A DNA stretch of 64,000 bases, from the NCBI GenBank assembly GCA_043228905.1, contig JBHGNT010000010.1, forward strand, positions 15,810,001 through 15,874,000, given 5' to 3'. This DNA is from Azolla caroliniana (taxonomy: Eukaryota; Plantae; Polypodiophyta). The number at the start of each line of letters is the position of its first letter. Position 1 is the stretch's first letter. Positions 33,301 to 45,758 of this stretch are shown piece by piece. A program made the translations under genes and the position numbers. Under the pieces are notes generated by a model that did no database searches, was not told the DNA's origin, and worked only from the letters and a program-made list of their open reading frames with translations.

Positions 33301-35591
33301 ATCATGTGAGAACATTATTTCTCTTTCTATACATTCGATTATACCATAATTGAATTCTGCCTTCTCTTGCTATACATTTTATTATGCCATAATTGAAAGT
33401 TTCTGCATCCAGATGTCTGGAAAGGTCATTTTTGACAAGAATCTAATTGGTTAAGAAGTGTTATTGGTAATTTCTTGAAATGTTTGGATGCCGGATTTGA
33501 TTGGTCTAAAAGCAAAGTGATGGTTATGATGAATGTGGTACTTATTCAATGCTTTACATATGCGCCAGAGAGGATTTCAAGCATGAAGTTGACCTTCTTG
33601 TGAAGTTGCGGCATCCCAATATAGTTCAATTTCTTGGTGCTGTGACTCTCCAGAAACCTCTTCAATTGGTTACGGAGTATCTTCACTCAGTGAGTTAATT
33701 CTGACAACATTTTAATCCTACACCCTCCAGTATTTTTTGCAGTCCTCAAGTTTTCCTCTTTTTAAGTTTATAGGGGGATTTGCATGCCTATATGAAAGGA
33801 AAGGGGGCACTATCAGCAGTATTGGCTGTGAACTTTGCTCTTGACATTGCCCAGTGAAGTGTTTTTTTGATTTAACACTTTTAGCAACAAGGCACGTTTC
33901 ATTTAATTTTTAGTGCGTTTCTTATGGTGCAACTTTTATTGGAAAATGCAGAGGCATGGCATATCTTCACAGAGAACCAGATATCATAATACATCGTGAT
34001 TTGAAGCCTCGGTGAGTCACATAAAGTTAAGGGAGAAACTCCACATTTTTCTTTATTTCCTCCCATGCCCCTGGATATTCTGTTATTTCTTTAAATTCTC
34101 TTGTTCAACATCCCCCTCGATTAATCAAATGGTCAATTCATCCCCTTTTCTCTCTTTAATGGCTATTTGAGCAAATACTATGCTCAGTTCATCCTCATTT
34201 TCTCTCTTTCAGGGGTTGATCGGGGCATTTGGGGAATAACAGAAATTTCGGGTTTTCTTGGGAAAATAAGTTAATTGCATTCTTTAGGTCTCAGTCAGAA
34301 TAATTCACTCCCTAATGGTATTGATTTTATTGGCTTGATGCAGAAATGTTTTGCTTGTAGAGAATCAACATCTGAAAGTTGGTGACTTTGGATTAAGCAA
34401 GCTGATTAAGGTCAAAAGTTTACATGAAGTATACAAATTGACTGGGGAAACTGGCAGTTGTAAGTAATCTACAACCATGAGCTTATCTCAGATAACTTGT
34501 TCTTTGTGGATCAAACCTGAGTTATGACCTCTTGCTTGGTTTTAATAGCTGATGATTTATTATTACCCATTAAGATTTTACTAGATGTTGCATTACTGTG
34601 TGCGAGAAAACAGAATGATACCATAATGTTTGAATTCTTTTAATATGTCATTGTTTTTGTGTTTTAGACCGGTACATGGCTCCAGAGGTCTTCATGCATA
34701 AAGCATATGATATGAAGGTTGATGTATTTTCATTTGGAATGATACTATTCGAGGTAAATATAATCCATCATTATTCACTTACTGAATTGATCAAATCCAT
34801 CAATCTGTGCAAAGAATACGGGTAAAACATGAGAAAAAAACACCATATCTCTAGAGGTTCTTTTATCTCCATAAATTCCCCCAGGGTTTTGCTATCTCCC
34901 AAATGCCCTTGATCAACCCTTGAAAAGAGGGAAAAAGGAGGATTTGGTCATATAATCGGCTCAAACAGTTCATAGACTTTCTGTTTTGAGGGCATGAACA
35001 AGGCACTTGGAAATAATGGAAACTCGGGGGCATGACAAAATAAAGGAAAACTGGGATATTTCGGAGTTTCAAAGTTAACATAATATGTGTTGCGATTTAT
35101 AATTTATAATTTATTTTTATAACCAGATGTTTGAGGGTGTGCGGCCTTTCCATGTCATCGAACCATATTCTGCAGCAAAGGCTGCATCAAAAGGGGATCG
35201 ACCCGAAATGAATGCAAAGACCTATCCACCAAATATGAAAGAGTATATATGCCAGCTTCTTTTCCCCTCTCAAATAAAATGAAGTCAAAACTTACATAAT
35301 CTCTTTCCAATGTATTAACTCATTTATGCCTTTTTGCCTCTCAAAATAAAAATGTTAACAAGATAGTTGTTTCCAATATATATCTCATTTGTTTGTCAGG
35401 TTTTAAGTATATGTATATATGTTAGCCTATCCTATAAAAGCAAAATCTGAAATGATTTGTTCTAACATAGATCTCATTTGTTTTTTTGGTTTAGGTTAAT
35501 AAAAGGTTGTTGGAATCATGACAAGGACACGAGACCAACTTTTATCAAGATTGTTGAGGTTTTGGAGAAGATAAAGGCTGGACTTGCATAA
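30391..35591 (+). CDS. VIK: Ankyrin-repeat Raf-like/integrin-linked kinase, VH1-interacting kinase type. Exons 30391-30771, 32587-32661, 33011-33127, 33211-33305, 33569-33689, 33774-33853, 33952-34011, 34344-34459, 34668-34753, 35127-35242, 35495-35591
   Basis: GT-AG introns give one continuous frame: DYDGRTALHVAA, DRWGNSPLADAE, CDWEIDP, IGKGSFG, VAVK, HRDLKPRN, KVGDFGLSK, TGETGSYRYMAPE. Recognised as close to Arabidopsis VIK. Confidence 0.93.
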
Positions 35592-36691
35592 CAAGACAAA
35601 CACATATCATTCTTTCAGAAAGACCATTGATTTTGTATGCCTTGACGTCATCATTCTCGCAAATGTAAATAATGCGAAGCTCATAGGTGGTGTTATGTAT
35701 TGACCAATGTGTAAAATTTTTTTTATCCTCATGTTGAAATCTTGAGGAGATCATCTAAATTTGAAACCTTACAAACATTATGAATTTATAGCTTGGACAT
35801 GATTCAAAAACAAAAACGACACGCCATCGAACTTGATGCAGTGTAATAAACGACATTTGTGTATTATTCATGTGAATGAGTGTTATATAAGTAAACTTGG
35901 CCAAGTGAAAAATCCAAGGATGTTGTCATTCCCTATATTTGCGAAGTAGGAACACCATTCTTCTCTCAAGTATCTTCCTCTTCAATATGGGGACATGTAG
36001 ATTAGGCCAAAACTCTTTTCAGGTTGAATGTCTAGTTTCTCCATAGAGTTTTGCAGCTCATTGCAACACTATGTAACATAATCCGTGAAGCATGAGCCTC
36101 CACATTTTCCCCTATGTCATGATACTTACGGAATGCAAAAAGGCCACGTTTTTTTGCAAAGGAATCGATCAAATGTAACATGAAACAAAGTGTGTTGCAT
36201 CCCATCATCAAAACCGTTTGTTTCCATAACTAGCACACAGAATGTTCTTGTTGCAATGTGTCTTTTCGGATCTTTGTATGTGTGTTCCGTGAGGGGATTG
36301 TAATTGTGAACACGTTGACCATGAACGCGAACAAGAGTTTTTATGGCCATGGTCCGAAAGTGGGGAAGAGATAACCATGTGTCTGAAGAACGGGTTTCTG
36401 GCATTCATTCATTCATGTAAGGAAACGCAGGAGGGGCATTTCATGGATAACAATCAGCAACGGTTCGGTTCAAGAGTGTCAAACTCAAGCCGGTTGAACC
36501 GAACCACGAAACCGTTTAAGCCGAACCGAACAGACAGGGAGGAAAGGGGGGGGCGGGGGTGGGTGGGCACTTCAGAAAATCAGAGCTCTCTGTCTCTGTC
36601 TCTGTCTCTGTCTCTGTCGCTCGCTCCTAGCGTGTCTGCTTTCAAGGGTACCCCCAGAGACCTTTTGTATGAAATCTGCTCTGTTCAGGCC

Positions 36692-37804
36692 ATGGCGACA
36701 AATCCTGTGAAGAGGAGAATCACAGTCTACTACGACATATCCGAGGCTCTCATCGCTGCTGCGAGCACCGCAGCCCAAGTGTTAGTACTTTCATCTTCAT
36801 CATCATCATCATCATCATCATCATCGCCCTCCCCATCATCATCATCATCATCATCATCACCACCATCATCATCATCATTCAAGAGGATCCGCAGAATGCC
36901 ACATCTCTTCGACCGAGTCATCGAGCTTCCAGTCGATTCTGATGCACCTGTCCGCATCGAAGAATCGGTGTCTGCTTTCACATTCACCACCGTCCTACCT
37001 GATCCCCACCTCCTCAGGAATGAGGAGATACGGGCTGAATTCATTGAAATTGTGCCTGGCGTCACCAAGGTCTCTGTTTCCGGGATCTACCGCCTTCGAG
37101 ATTCTTCCTACCTGTTGGAGAATGTTTCCTCAAATTTCAACACTATTCACAGCGATCTTGACACTGCTCACCATCGGGATCTTCAAAATACTCCCCGGTG
37201 GAGATTCCGTTTGCCCGAAGATTCCGTCCCCCAAGATTCTGTTGCAACTTGTGATAGCGATGGGATCCTTGTGCTTACTGTCCCCAAGAAATCAAAATCA
37301 TTGTCATCAGGTCCTTCTTTGCTCGAGGCTTATCAGCAGGTAAGAAGACCTCTCTCCATTCCTTCGTCTTCTTCAGATTCAGAGGAAGTTGAAATAGATA
37401 TAGACGGGTTGTCTTCTCTGCAAGATTTGAAAACCCTAGTCCATGAAGAGGTTCTCAACAATGAGGACGAGGAAGATACATCTGTACAATCTCTGCATGA
37501 ATCCGATGAATCACAACACCTAAATGATAAGGCCTCTTTTGATGAATCACAAACCCGAAATGAAAATGATTTTTCTCATAAGTTACATGGAAAGGATTTC
37601 CCTGATGTGTCACAAATTCCAAATGAAAAGTCTTTTCTTGATGAATCACTGCAAGCACCAGGCGAAAAGGCTTCTTCTGATGTTGAATTATTCCAAACCC
37701 TAAATGAGAAGGTTTTTTCGGATGGGCTGGCCCTTGATGATGAACCTGAGATGGTTATTACAATATCTGCATGTGGGGCAGCGACAGAGGTGGATACAAG
37801 ATGA
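36692..37804 (+). CDS. Intronless HSP20/alpha-crystallin-domain-like protein with poly-Ser tract and acidic C-terminal extension
   Basis: KRRITVYYD, RRMPHLFDRVIELPVDSDA and WRFRLP..DGILVLTVPK are the motifs of the plant At3g22530/At4g14830-like ACD family. Likely start is GCCATGG at 36,692. Confidence 0.85.
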   Translation: MATNPVKRRITVYYDISEALIAAASTAAQVLVLSSSSSSSSSSSSPSPSSSSSSSSPPSSSSFKRIRRMPHLFDRVIELPVDSDAPVRIEESVSAFTFTTVLPDPHLLRNEEIRAEFIEIVPGVTKVSVSGIYRLRDSSYLLENVSSNFNTIHSDLDTAHHRDLQNTPRWRFRLPEDSVPQDSVATCDSDGILVLTVPKKSKSLSSGPSLLEAYQQVRRPLSIPSSSSDSEEVEIDIDGLSSLQDLKTLVHEEVLNNEDEEDTSVQSLHESDESQHLNDKASFDESQTRNENDFSHKLHGKDFPDVSQIPNEKSFLDESLQAPGEKASSDVELFQTLNEKVFSDGLALDDEPEMVITISACGAATEVDTR

Positions 37805-39526
37805 ATCTTTTTCTTCTATCAAGGATTTTATATGGTAGTATGTGCATTCTTTTATGTATTTTAAAGATGTGGATCTGAGGTTTGAAAGGTTGTGAGGAGG
37901 GTAGTTTTCTGATGCTTCTGTAGATGGGTCTTACAGCAATGTTGGCATATGCTCTTATTAATGACCTACAAATTGGTTGTGAGATTGTTAATATGATAGA
38001 TATGAGAAGGCATTCCATTAATGGATTGATTTGTTCAGAGATGCAAGACCCACAATGCATTTTACAAGGTCATTCTATTGGTGATAACTTTGATCAATAG
38101 TACGATATATACAAGAAAGGTGGTTAATAATAATGTCAGCATTGCTTCAGAGATTGTTCAACATGTTCTATTTTGAGAGGGCATTCTGAGAATGCCTTTG
38201 CTTGTTTAACAACATGATGATGTGCAAGATCCGAAGTTGTGACAAAATGATCATGCTTCTTCAGATTCTCCTCCGGTGATCTCTCTCTGTTCATCCATGA
38301 ATTATGCGATCCTGAATTGACTTGTTGTACACGTAATGTAAGCATCTTGTTGGTATATTGATTGATTCCAAAGGTTACGGTGATGGCATGACACCGTAAC
38401 TCAAAAGATTTTTTTCTGTAGTGATTTTTTTCATCATTGCTGTATATGTATATGTATCAAAGAAACACATTATGGTTGCAATTTTTGCATGCATCAAAAG
38501 AAACCTATTCATTATTGTTGTGTAAAGCCTTTTATGATTGCTATGTATATAGATAGGTATTGCAGAAAGCATTTTATAACTATTCTATACACACGTGTTA
38601 ACGAAAGCATTTTATGATGCAATATATAGGTTTTGAAGTCACTCTTCTACGATTTGTGTTGTGTATAAAGGTGAACTGCCTTATTCATAAATGTAAATGC
38701 ATCAAAGCTTATAATTTGTGTTCTCTGTAGGACAAAACTAGATCGAATTCAAAAAACTATATCTGTTATTCATAGAATGGTAGAAACTATATTTCTCTAT
38801 AAATGCTTCGTCTGCATACTTGAGAACATATTTGAAAGCTTGTGATGTTTTAAGAGCTTTATTAGTATATTGTGAGTTTAAATACCTCTCTCTCTATGTG
38901 GTTGAAGTATTGGGGAGGTAGCATCCCTAAGTCTACTTGGACAGAGTTTGAAAATGTCCACAATCAGTTTCTAATGGATGAAGAATTCACACTTATTGAT
39001 GTATGTTAGAGGCCACCCTTCCTTTTTGCCATCTGCCCCAATGCTTCAACATGGTTTAGCTCACATTCTCTTTGATGTGAGGCGGCAGGCTGTTGGGGTA
39101 AGAGTGAGGCGGCTCATCGACTATGTATGTTTTACCTTGAACAAGTTCAAGAGTTAAAGTATCACACTTTGATACAATCTGCCATCAGAGTGAATGTCAA
39201 TTTGAGTTTGCTTTTCAGTCATTGTTAATATTATCTACTCAAACCTGTTCCTCTCACAATCATGATTTGCAATCTCGATTGCAGTGTTTACTTTAAAAAA
39301 ACTTGAACATTGAAAGTCATTGTTGAATTTCACTTATACTGTGAAAATGATTCATTTTGGGTCCCAATAATGATCTCTCTCTTTAAAAGTCAATTGGTTC
39401 AAGGGAAGCAAAGTTCAATTCTCTATCAGGGTGGCATTATTTAACATAGGTCATATTCGACCTCCAAAGACGATAATAGAACCTATCTTTTAAGTGTGTT
39501 TGAGTTGTATCTTGTCTATAAATAAG

Positions 39527-39834
39527 TAGGTATCGACAATGGTTCAGTTTTGGCTTAATCAGTTTGGCCTTCTCAAAGCGAAACCAGTTAAGCCTTGGGC
39601 AGTTTAGGAGTTTTCAAACTTGAATCTAATTGATCCCCAAACCGGTTTAGGACCAAACAAGTTAGGCCTAAATTGGTTTGGGAACCGGTTTGACAAGGGT
39701 CAAGCTGAATTGAATCAAGCTCAAATTGATTAAGGAAGCTCGACCTTGAAGGAATGTTTAGTTGAACTGTCAAATTGTTTAAAAATGGTTTAATGGCTCA
39801 GTTTCAGCTTGAGCCAAGTCGTTGTTGACTCCTA
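39527..39834. mobile_element. hAT-type MITE
   Basis: Imperfect TIR TAGGTATCGACAATG / CGTTGTTGACTCCTA; flanks TAAATAAG and TCTATAAG (6/8 match); internal AACC/GGTT motifs. Confidence 0.5.
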
Positions 39835-42800
39835 TCTATAAGCATAGGTGGTTTAGTTAATGGAGAAGAGTGTGTTGTTTGCTAGTGATTTTATGTGTTC
39901 CCCTTTTTATTAAATGATCAAGTAATTTTGAGAACATAAGCTAAGTCTTTTTTCATTCTTACCCGTTTTATTGTTTAATTGTGTGTAAGTGAACTACTCA
40001 TTTTGGTTAAGTATGCTCAAGAGTGACCAGAACCCTCTGTCATCCATCTCCCCAACTATAAGGTTATTGTCCCTTTGAATTCCATATCAATGAACCAAAG
40101 AGGTATATATTCCCATCTTATGTCAAGTAGGTATGAACAACCAATATAATTGACATTTAACACACCACCCGTTAACCTAATGATATATGCTCAACCTAAT
40201 CATGTGTAAGTTGATGTGTTCTTGATTAAAACATGGTTTCTTGATTGGTTCTTATGGTTTCGTATGTTCATGTCCTAATGGTACAATGAGACATTAAGGT
40301 CACGGATTTGAACTATGTGGTATGTGTTTTATTTGGTTGTACCGAAATTACAAATATGTCATTATCTTGTTATGCTCAAAATGTTTGTCAAAAGGTGTCG
40401 CACATTCTATCATGTTGTGTAGAGCATTCAAATTTTATATTGCATTTGAACTCTTGTGATTCTACATTATGTGATGATATGACATTATATTTCTTATATT
40501 TATTAAAACATTTGGGTTATACAATTTCACAATATATAGCAATAGTGCTTGTTGAAGAGAGGATTGCATAAATTGTGAAGTTTTTTCACAAGATAGACAA
40601 TGTTGGAATAAGAATGCATGATTGGAACCACCCGTTCAAATCTATACTTGGACACTTGACTGACAAATGCTAAATTTGTTTAGCAAAGCTTTTTTGAAAA
40701 TATACTCCTCCCTAATGATTTATATTTAATCCATCGACTTAACGATGCATGGTTGCACCAGATTATTAAATACACTCTCTCAACCTTAGTTTACACAATC
40801 CACGCTCTTATTAGTCAAAACGATCCTCTAGAAGATCCAAAATCTCCTTCATGTTTGTGTCTGTCCTCGGATGCGAAGAAACTGAACACTCGACAAACAA
40901 GGTCTCCCAAACTAACGAATGGCAAACGACACAAGATGGGCTTGATATGAAGTAAAGAAAGATGGCATGAATAAAATAAACAACGCAGAAACGTATATAT
41001 ATGTATATATGTACATATATACATATATACATATATAGGCCTAATGTTTTGGATATTTACAATGATGCCCCCAAACATAAATAGAAGCGACTCGACGAGT
41101 AAATGGAAACCTCCTCCCTACACAAAGAAGAAGAGAAAGAAGAAAAGGAAGAACCTAAAGAAGAAAGCCATCACTCTGAAAACCCTAAAATTTTAACCTC
41201 TCACTTCACCATCACCATCACCACCACTACCACCATCATCTTCATCTCCATCAGAAGATTTGGCTTGCTGGTTTTTCATCGTAGCATCGAAGTCATAAAA
41301 TTGAGTAGTTGTTCTCATCGCCCGATCGTGGTCTTCTTAGTCGGTTGTTGCAACCATCACTGTCATCATCATCATCATCAAAATCGGTATGTTGGTTTAC
41401 ATTCTAGCATGAAAGTCATAAAATTGAGATAGAAACCAGGTTTCATCCTCTCTGTGGACTCGACATTGCTCCCCATAGATCATATTTGTATTCCCATGGG
41501 CATTAGTACTGTTTCTATATTTCCACCACCACTACCACCACCATACTTTATCCTTTGCTTATTCATATCACAAGCTTCATACATTACTTACCCATTGTGC
41601 TTCCACAGTTTCTGTAGTAGGACCTAACAAGTAATGTTTTGTAAATATGAGAAACATTTGGTACTTGCCCACACTGTACAGGTAAATATTTGAATATTTT
41701 GGGGAAGCATGAAGGAAGTGCTAAAGTCTATAGGAAACACGAGGGAAAGTTGTTTCAAATATTCAGTACTATATGGAAAGATGAAGGGAAGTGGGCTGTT
41801 TCCTGCACTACACGTGGCAAATTTTTGAATATGTAGGGAAATGAGAGTGAAACTAGGTTCTTGTTCCATATTATGGACAAAGATGAATGAAAGTTGTTGA
41901 CATGGGAGATTCCCTATACTATAGAGAAACGTGAGGGAATTCAGGCTCTTTCCTCCATGGTAAATTTGAACTATGTATAGGAAGCATGAGAAAAAAGCCT
42001 CTTACCGACATAGGTAAATGTGGTAGCTTGTTGACACATGGATTTCACATGTCAGATATTCTGTCTAGGGGATGTTTACGTCTGGGGTATATCACTGGAC
42101 CCGTTGTTAACATTACCACGGGAGTATGTTATGGGCATAACCATAACTTACCCTGTGGTAGTTAAAACCATAGTTTTCTACACATGAAGATAAGGGCGTG
42201 AGGTTTGATTGAGAATGTAAAGAAGGATGACGACTTTTAATCGTAGGGATTGAGACAACCTTTAGAGGCCCAGTGTGAACTTGCTTGGGGGCCTTGGGTC
42301 TGGCCATAAATATTAGGCCTAGCTATCCTCATTTGACATGTCATTCGACTACATCGAGACTGATCTCAGGGTGATCAAACTCTTGTAGCAGGTATGGCTG
42401 GAGTAGGGGTATGGGATGCCATTCAGGGCTTGGATCCGTCTCAATCCCTTATCTCGGGGGTGGACGGGTGGGTCGGCACCCTTCTTTCTCTTGCTTTCCC
42501 TTCATTATCTTATCTATTTCCTTATTTTATGCTTACATTAGAATTAATCTCTAACACCAGTTGTAACTGGGTATGTTCTGCTTTCATGTAAGACCTAATA
42601 GTGTTGAAGGCTGTAAGCAAACACGAGGGAAAGTGGGATGTTTTCCACATGAGAATTGCTGATCACTATCAGAAACATGTGGGACACTTGCACAGGAAAA
42701 CAAGATTGGCAAAACCCCTGTTGCATCTACCTATATATGGTATGTTTCGTCCATGCCTCAGAAGCTTCAGTGGTCAGCACTGTAGGGAATTACAAGGGTA

Positions 42801-43244
42801 AGTGTGATCCTTCTTTCTCATGCGAGAAAAGGTCTATAATGTCTTGCTCATAATTCTCATGAGTCGTTGAAGATGGTAAGAGAAGAGTACAATGTGTTTT
42901 GTTGCAAGTTGTTGGGCTTATTGGATCTTTTGCCACATGCACCTCTTTATAGAACATTTTCAGGGAGAGTTTCCAATCCTTTTGTAATCCTTTCCTTCAT
43001 AATCATATGGTGAATGTCTTCAGCCCAAGAATAACTTGATGTCTGTTTTAAAAAGTGCTCTTTCATGCTAACTTGCATTAAGTTGGACATTTACATATAG
43101 ATATCTGGTATTAGGTTTTCTAAGTGTTATTCTCACTTGCTTGTATTTATATTAAATATGGTCTCTAAATTCTTTTAGGACCCACAGAGCAATAAAGAAT
43201 CACATTAGTGATCAAGAAGATTTAGCTTGCTTGCTTTCTAGACG

Positions 43245-44210
43245 ATGGATGAGGGTGTGAAGAAGCTACAAGAAGATCTTTCTCATGTAGAGTATGATGC
43301 AGAGCTTCTTCTTCTTGCACGCAGAGAGGTAAATAAGATAACTCGAAACATTCTATTTCTCCTCCATTCAATGTTCCGTCTAACATCAGAATGCTCACTG
43401 ACAAGTTTATGTTTCTGCTATGATTAGCTTGTTGATAGTGATAGAATGCGCAATAGTAATAGGGAAGCTCTTACAGCTCTGAGGAAAATAGCAAAAACTT
43501 CTCAAAGTAGTGTTCCTGTACTTGGCAACAATTTGGGAATTTCATCAAAAGATGGAAATGGAGAGGAGTGTCGAACATGTGGTGACTATGATAGATCAGA
43601 ACCAGTGTGGTTTTTATGCTCCGGAAGTGATGTTTTTCTCAACATTCCTTTCCATGAAGCACATACAAAATTAGAAATGGGTAACTTTGTTATAACAAAA
43701 TTTGGGCAGAGCATGAAAATACCCCTAATTTGTTGGGTACCATTACTAGAATACTCCTAGGTTTCCAAAAATTGCCAGGATATTCCTTTCAAGAGTACAT
43801 CTTAGACTAGAAAGGGGTGTTCTGGTGAAATTTTGTGAAAACATAGGAGCATTCTAGTGAATACCTGTCAAGCTAGGGAATTTCTGTTTTTTTCCCTTAA
43901 TTTATGTTAGATAGTAGTGTAAGCACTTTGCACGAGTCTTGCATTTAAAGTTTGAGAAAGTTTACTTTGTTAACATGAAAGTCGTGATGTACATATATAT
44001 AGTTGAAAAGGTAAATTAGACATGTATAATCCCATGGCAGTATTTTGTGTTTTTAATTATATAGATCAAAACCAATTGGAGATATCTGTAAAAAGGCTTC
44101 AGAGCAAAGTTAAAGAGAAGACACTTGATCTGTCCAACAAGGGTGCTCTTGCTGACAAGATTGGACCAAATCTATTGAAAGCATTTGTCACTCTGAAAGA
44201 TGATCGGTAA
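43245..44210 (+). CDS. PDRG1: p53 and DNA damage-regulated protein 1 (prefoldin-like). Exons 43245-43328, 43428-43680, 44065-44210
   Basis: GT-AG splicing yields EAELLLLARRE-like N-terminus, LVDSDRMRNSNREALTALRK, CRTCG, IPFHEAH, LQSKVKEK, GALADKIGP. Matches the plant PDRG1 family as I recall it. Confidence 0.85.
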
Positions 44211-45758
44211 AAATATTTTGCTCAGCTATCAATGTTTATGAGAACTCATCTCTCAATGTTTATCTTGAATGTTTGTTTGTCTATGAGATACTTCTCACCC
44301 GTAGGCATATAAGCATTTGATGGGCATGCATGTGAATGAAAATGGTATCCGCAAAGCAAATACATCAACTTATATACATGCAAATGAAAATTGTGTACAC
44401 CCCTTTTTTCTCCTAGTTCCTAATCATGTTGAATTGTACAAGAACCGGAGTGGTGTACTATTTCTACTGGCACCATACAACATGCAAAAGAAGTTTGTAT
44501 TTTGAACAATTGTTTTCTTCCGAGATAGCTTTGTTTGAAATCTTTTAAATTCTCCATTTTTTTAGTAATAATGAAAATTAAGAGTACTGTATTCTCTGCT
44601 AAAAGCTTAGGTTTTAGTGCTCCATCATAATGTGACTGGAAAAGTAATTTTATTTAACATTATAATATGACTAAATATTGGGAGTAATCTTTGTGTTGTA
44701 TGAGTGAGACGTTCAAACAACATAAATAGGTGGTATACGAGGAATACAGTGTCATGACCACGTTGTAGCATGCCAAAGGCTAATAACATGTTGGATGGCT
44801 TAGAGGATGCAAAAGTACAAGCATCTACTCCCAACTAGCATAGATGGTGTTGCCATCTAGTAGTTGGTGTAGTCGTGTGACACTCATTGGTTATGAGTAG
44901 TCATGTCATTCGATGTTGGAAAGGTAATTTTTTTTGAAATGAGTTCCAAGTAGGTAGAAGATATGGAGAAATGGTTTGGATGATAGATTGCATTGCATTC
45001 ACTTTATTATGTGCCAAATTCCAATCATAAATTGATCCATGCGTAATATACGTGGTATTCAACATCCGTAATATTCGCGATATTCGAGAATATAGAACGG
45101 CCCTAAGAATATTATAAAACCATTTGTTTACATATAAATGTACACACATACATATATGATATATGTATATGCTTGTGAATAACTACTACCAAATATTTAA
45201 GAGGGCACGTGAGGGAATCGTGGAGAGGGACGGTGCAGGTCGCACCGCTAATGGCGCGTTCGATCTCCATCGTCCAAGATGGATAAAAAGCTGACAGTGT
45301 TTGTCACCAGGAGGCCGACTATGTCAAAAGGAGCCCTGCTGTTAGACAACCTTTGTAAGCAGGAGCTCGACTCTATTAGAAGGAGCCCCGTTGTTTGACA
45401 ACATCAGTAAGAAGGAGCTCGACTCTGTCAAAAGGAGCCTCATTGTTTGACAACCTCTATCATCAGGAGCTCGACTGACTCAGGGAAGGAGCTCGACTTT
45501 AAAACAAACATCAAAAACTCCAAAAAAAGGTAAGTGTACAACAAATATTTGTCATGAAAATGATCATAAAATTTCTCATAAAAACCTAAAGATTCAAATA
45601 ACAAGTCTTACATAAAATATTAAAGCGTCAAATGTTGACAACCCTAAAATGAAATATGAATATACATGTTACATATTAAGATTATGGCTCATGTCGGGAT
45701 GATTGCAAGATGCAACCACACTTTTTACATGTAACATTTGAGTCCCTTAAAGTCAAGG

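Noticed and set aside
36377-36691. N-terminal 105 aa of the 475-aa ORF
   Set aside because: Non-ATG start running through promoter-like and microsatellite DNA; family similarity begins at ATG 36,692.
42114-42161. Short imperfect hairpin, possible miRNA precursor
   Set aside because: Stem is too short and mismatched to support a call; more likely a MITE relic.
45181-45195. CACTA or Zisupton assignment for the 45-52 kb element
   Set aside because: Ends resemble CACTA and SWIM plus Ulp1 recalls Zisupton, but the DSTF..N..LPL / D / CxxH / TTN..E core is MULE-type.
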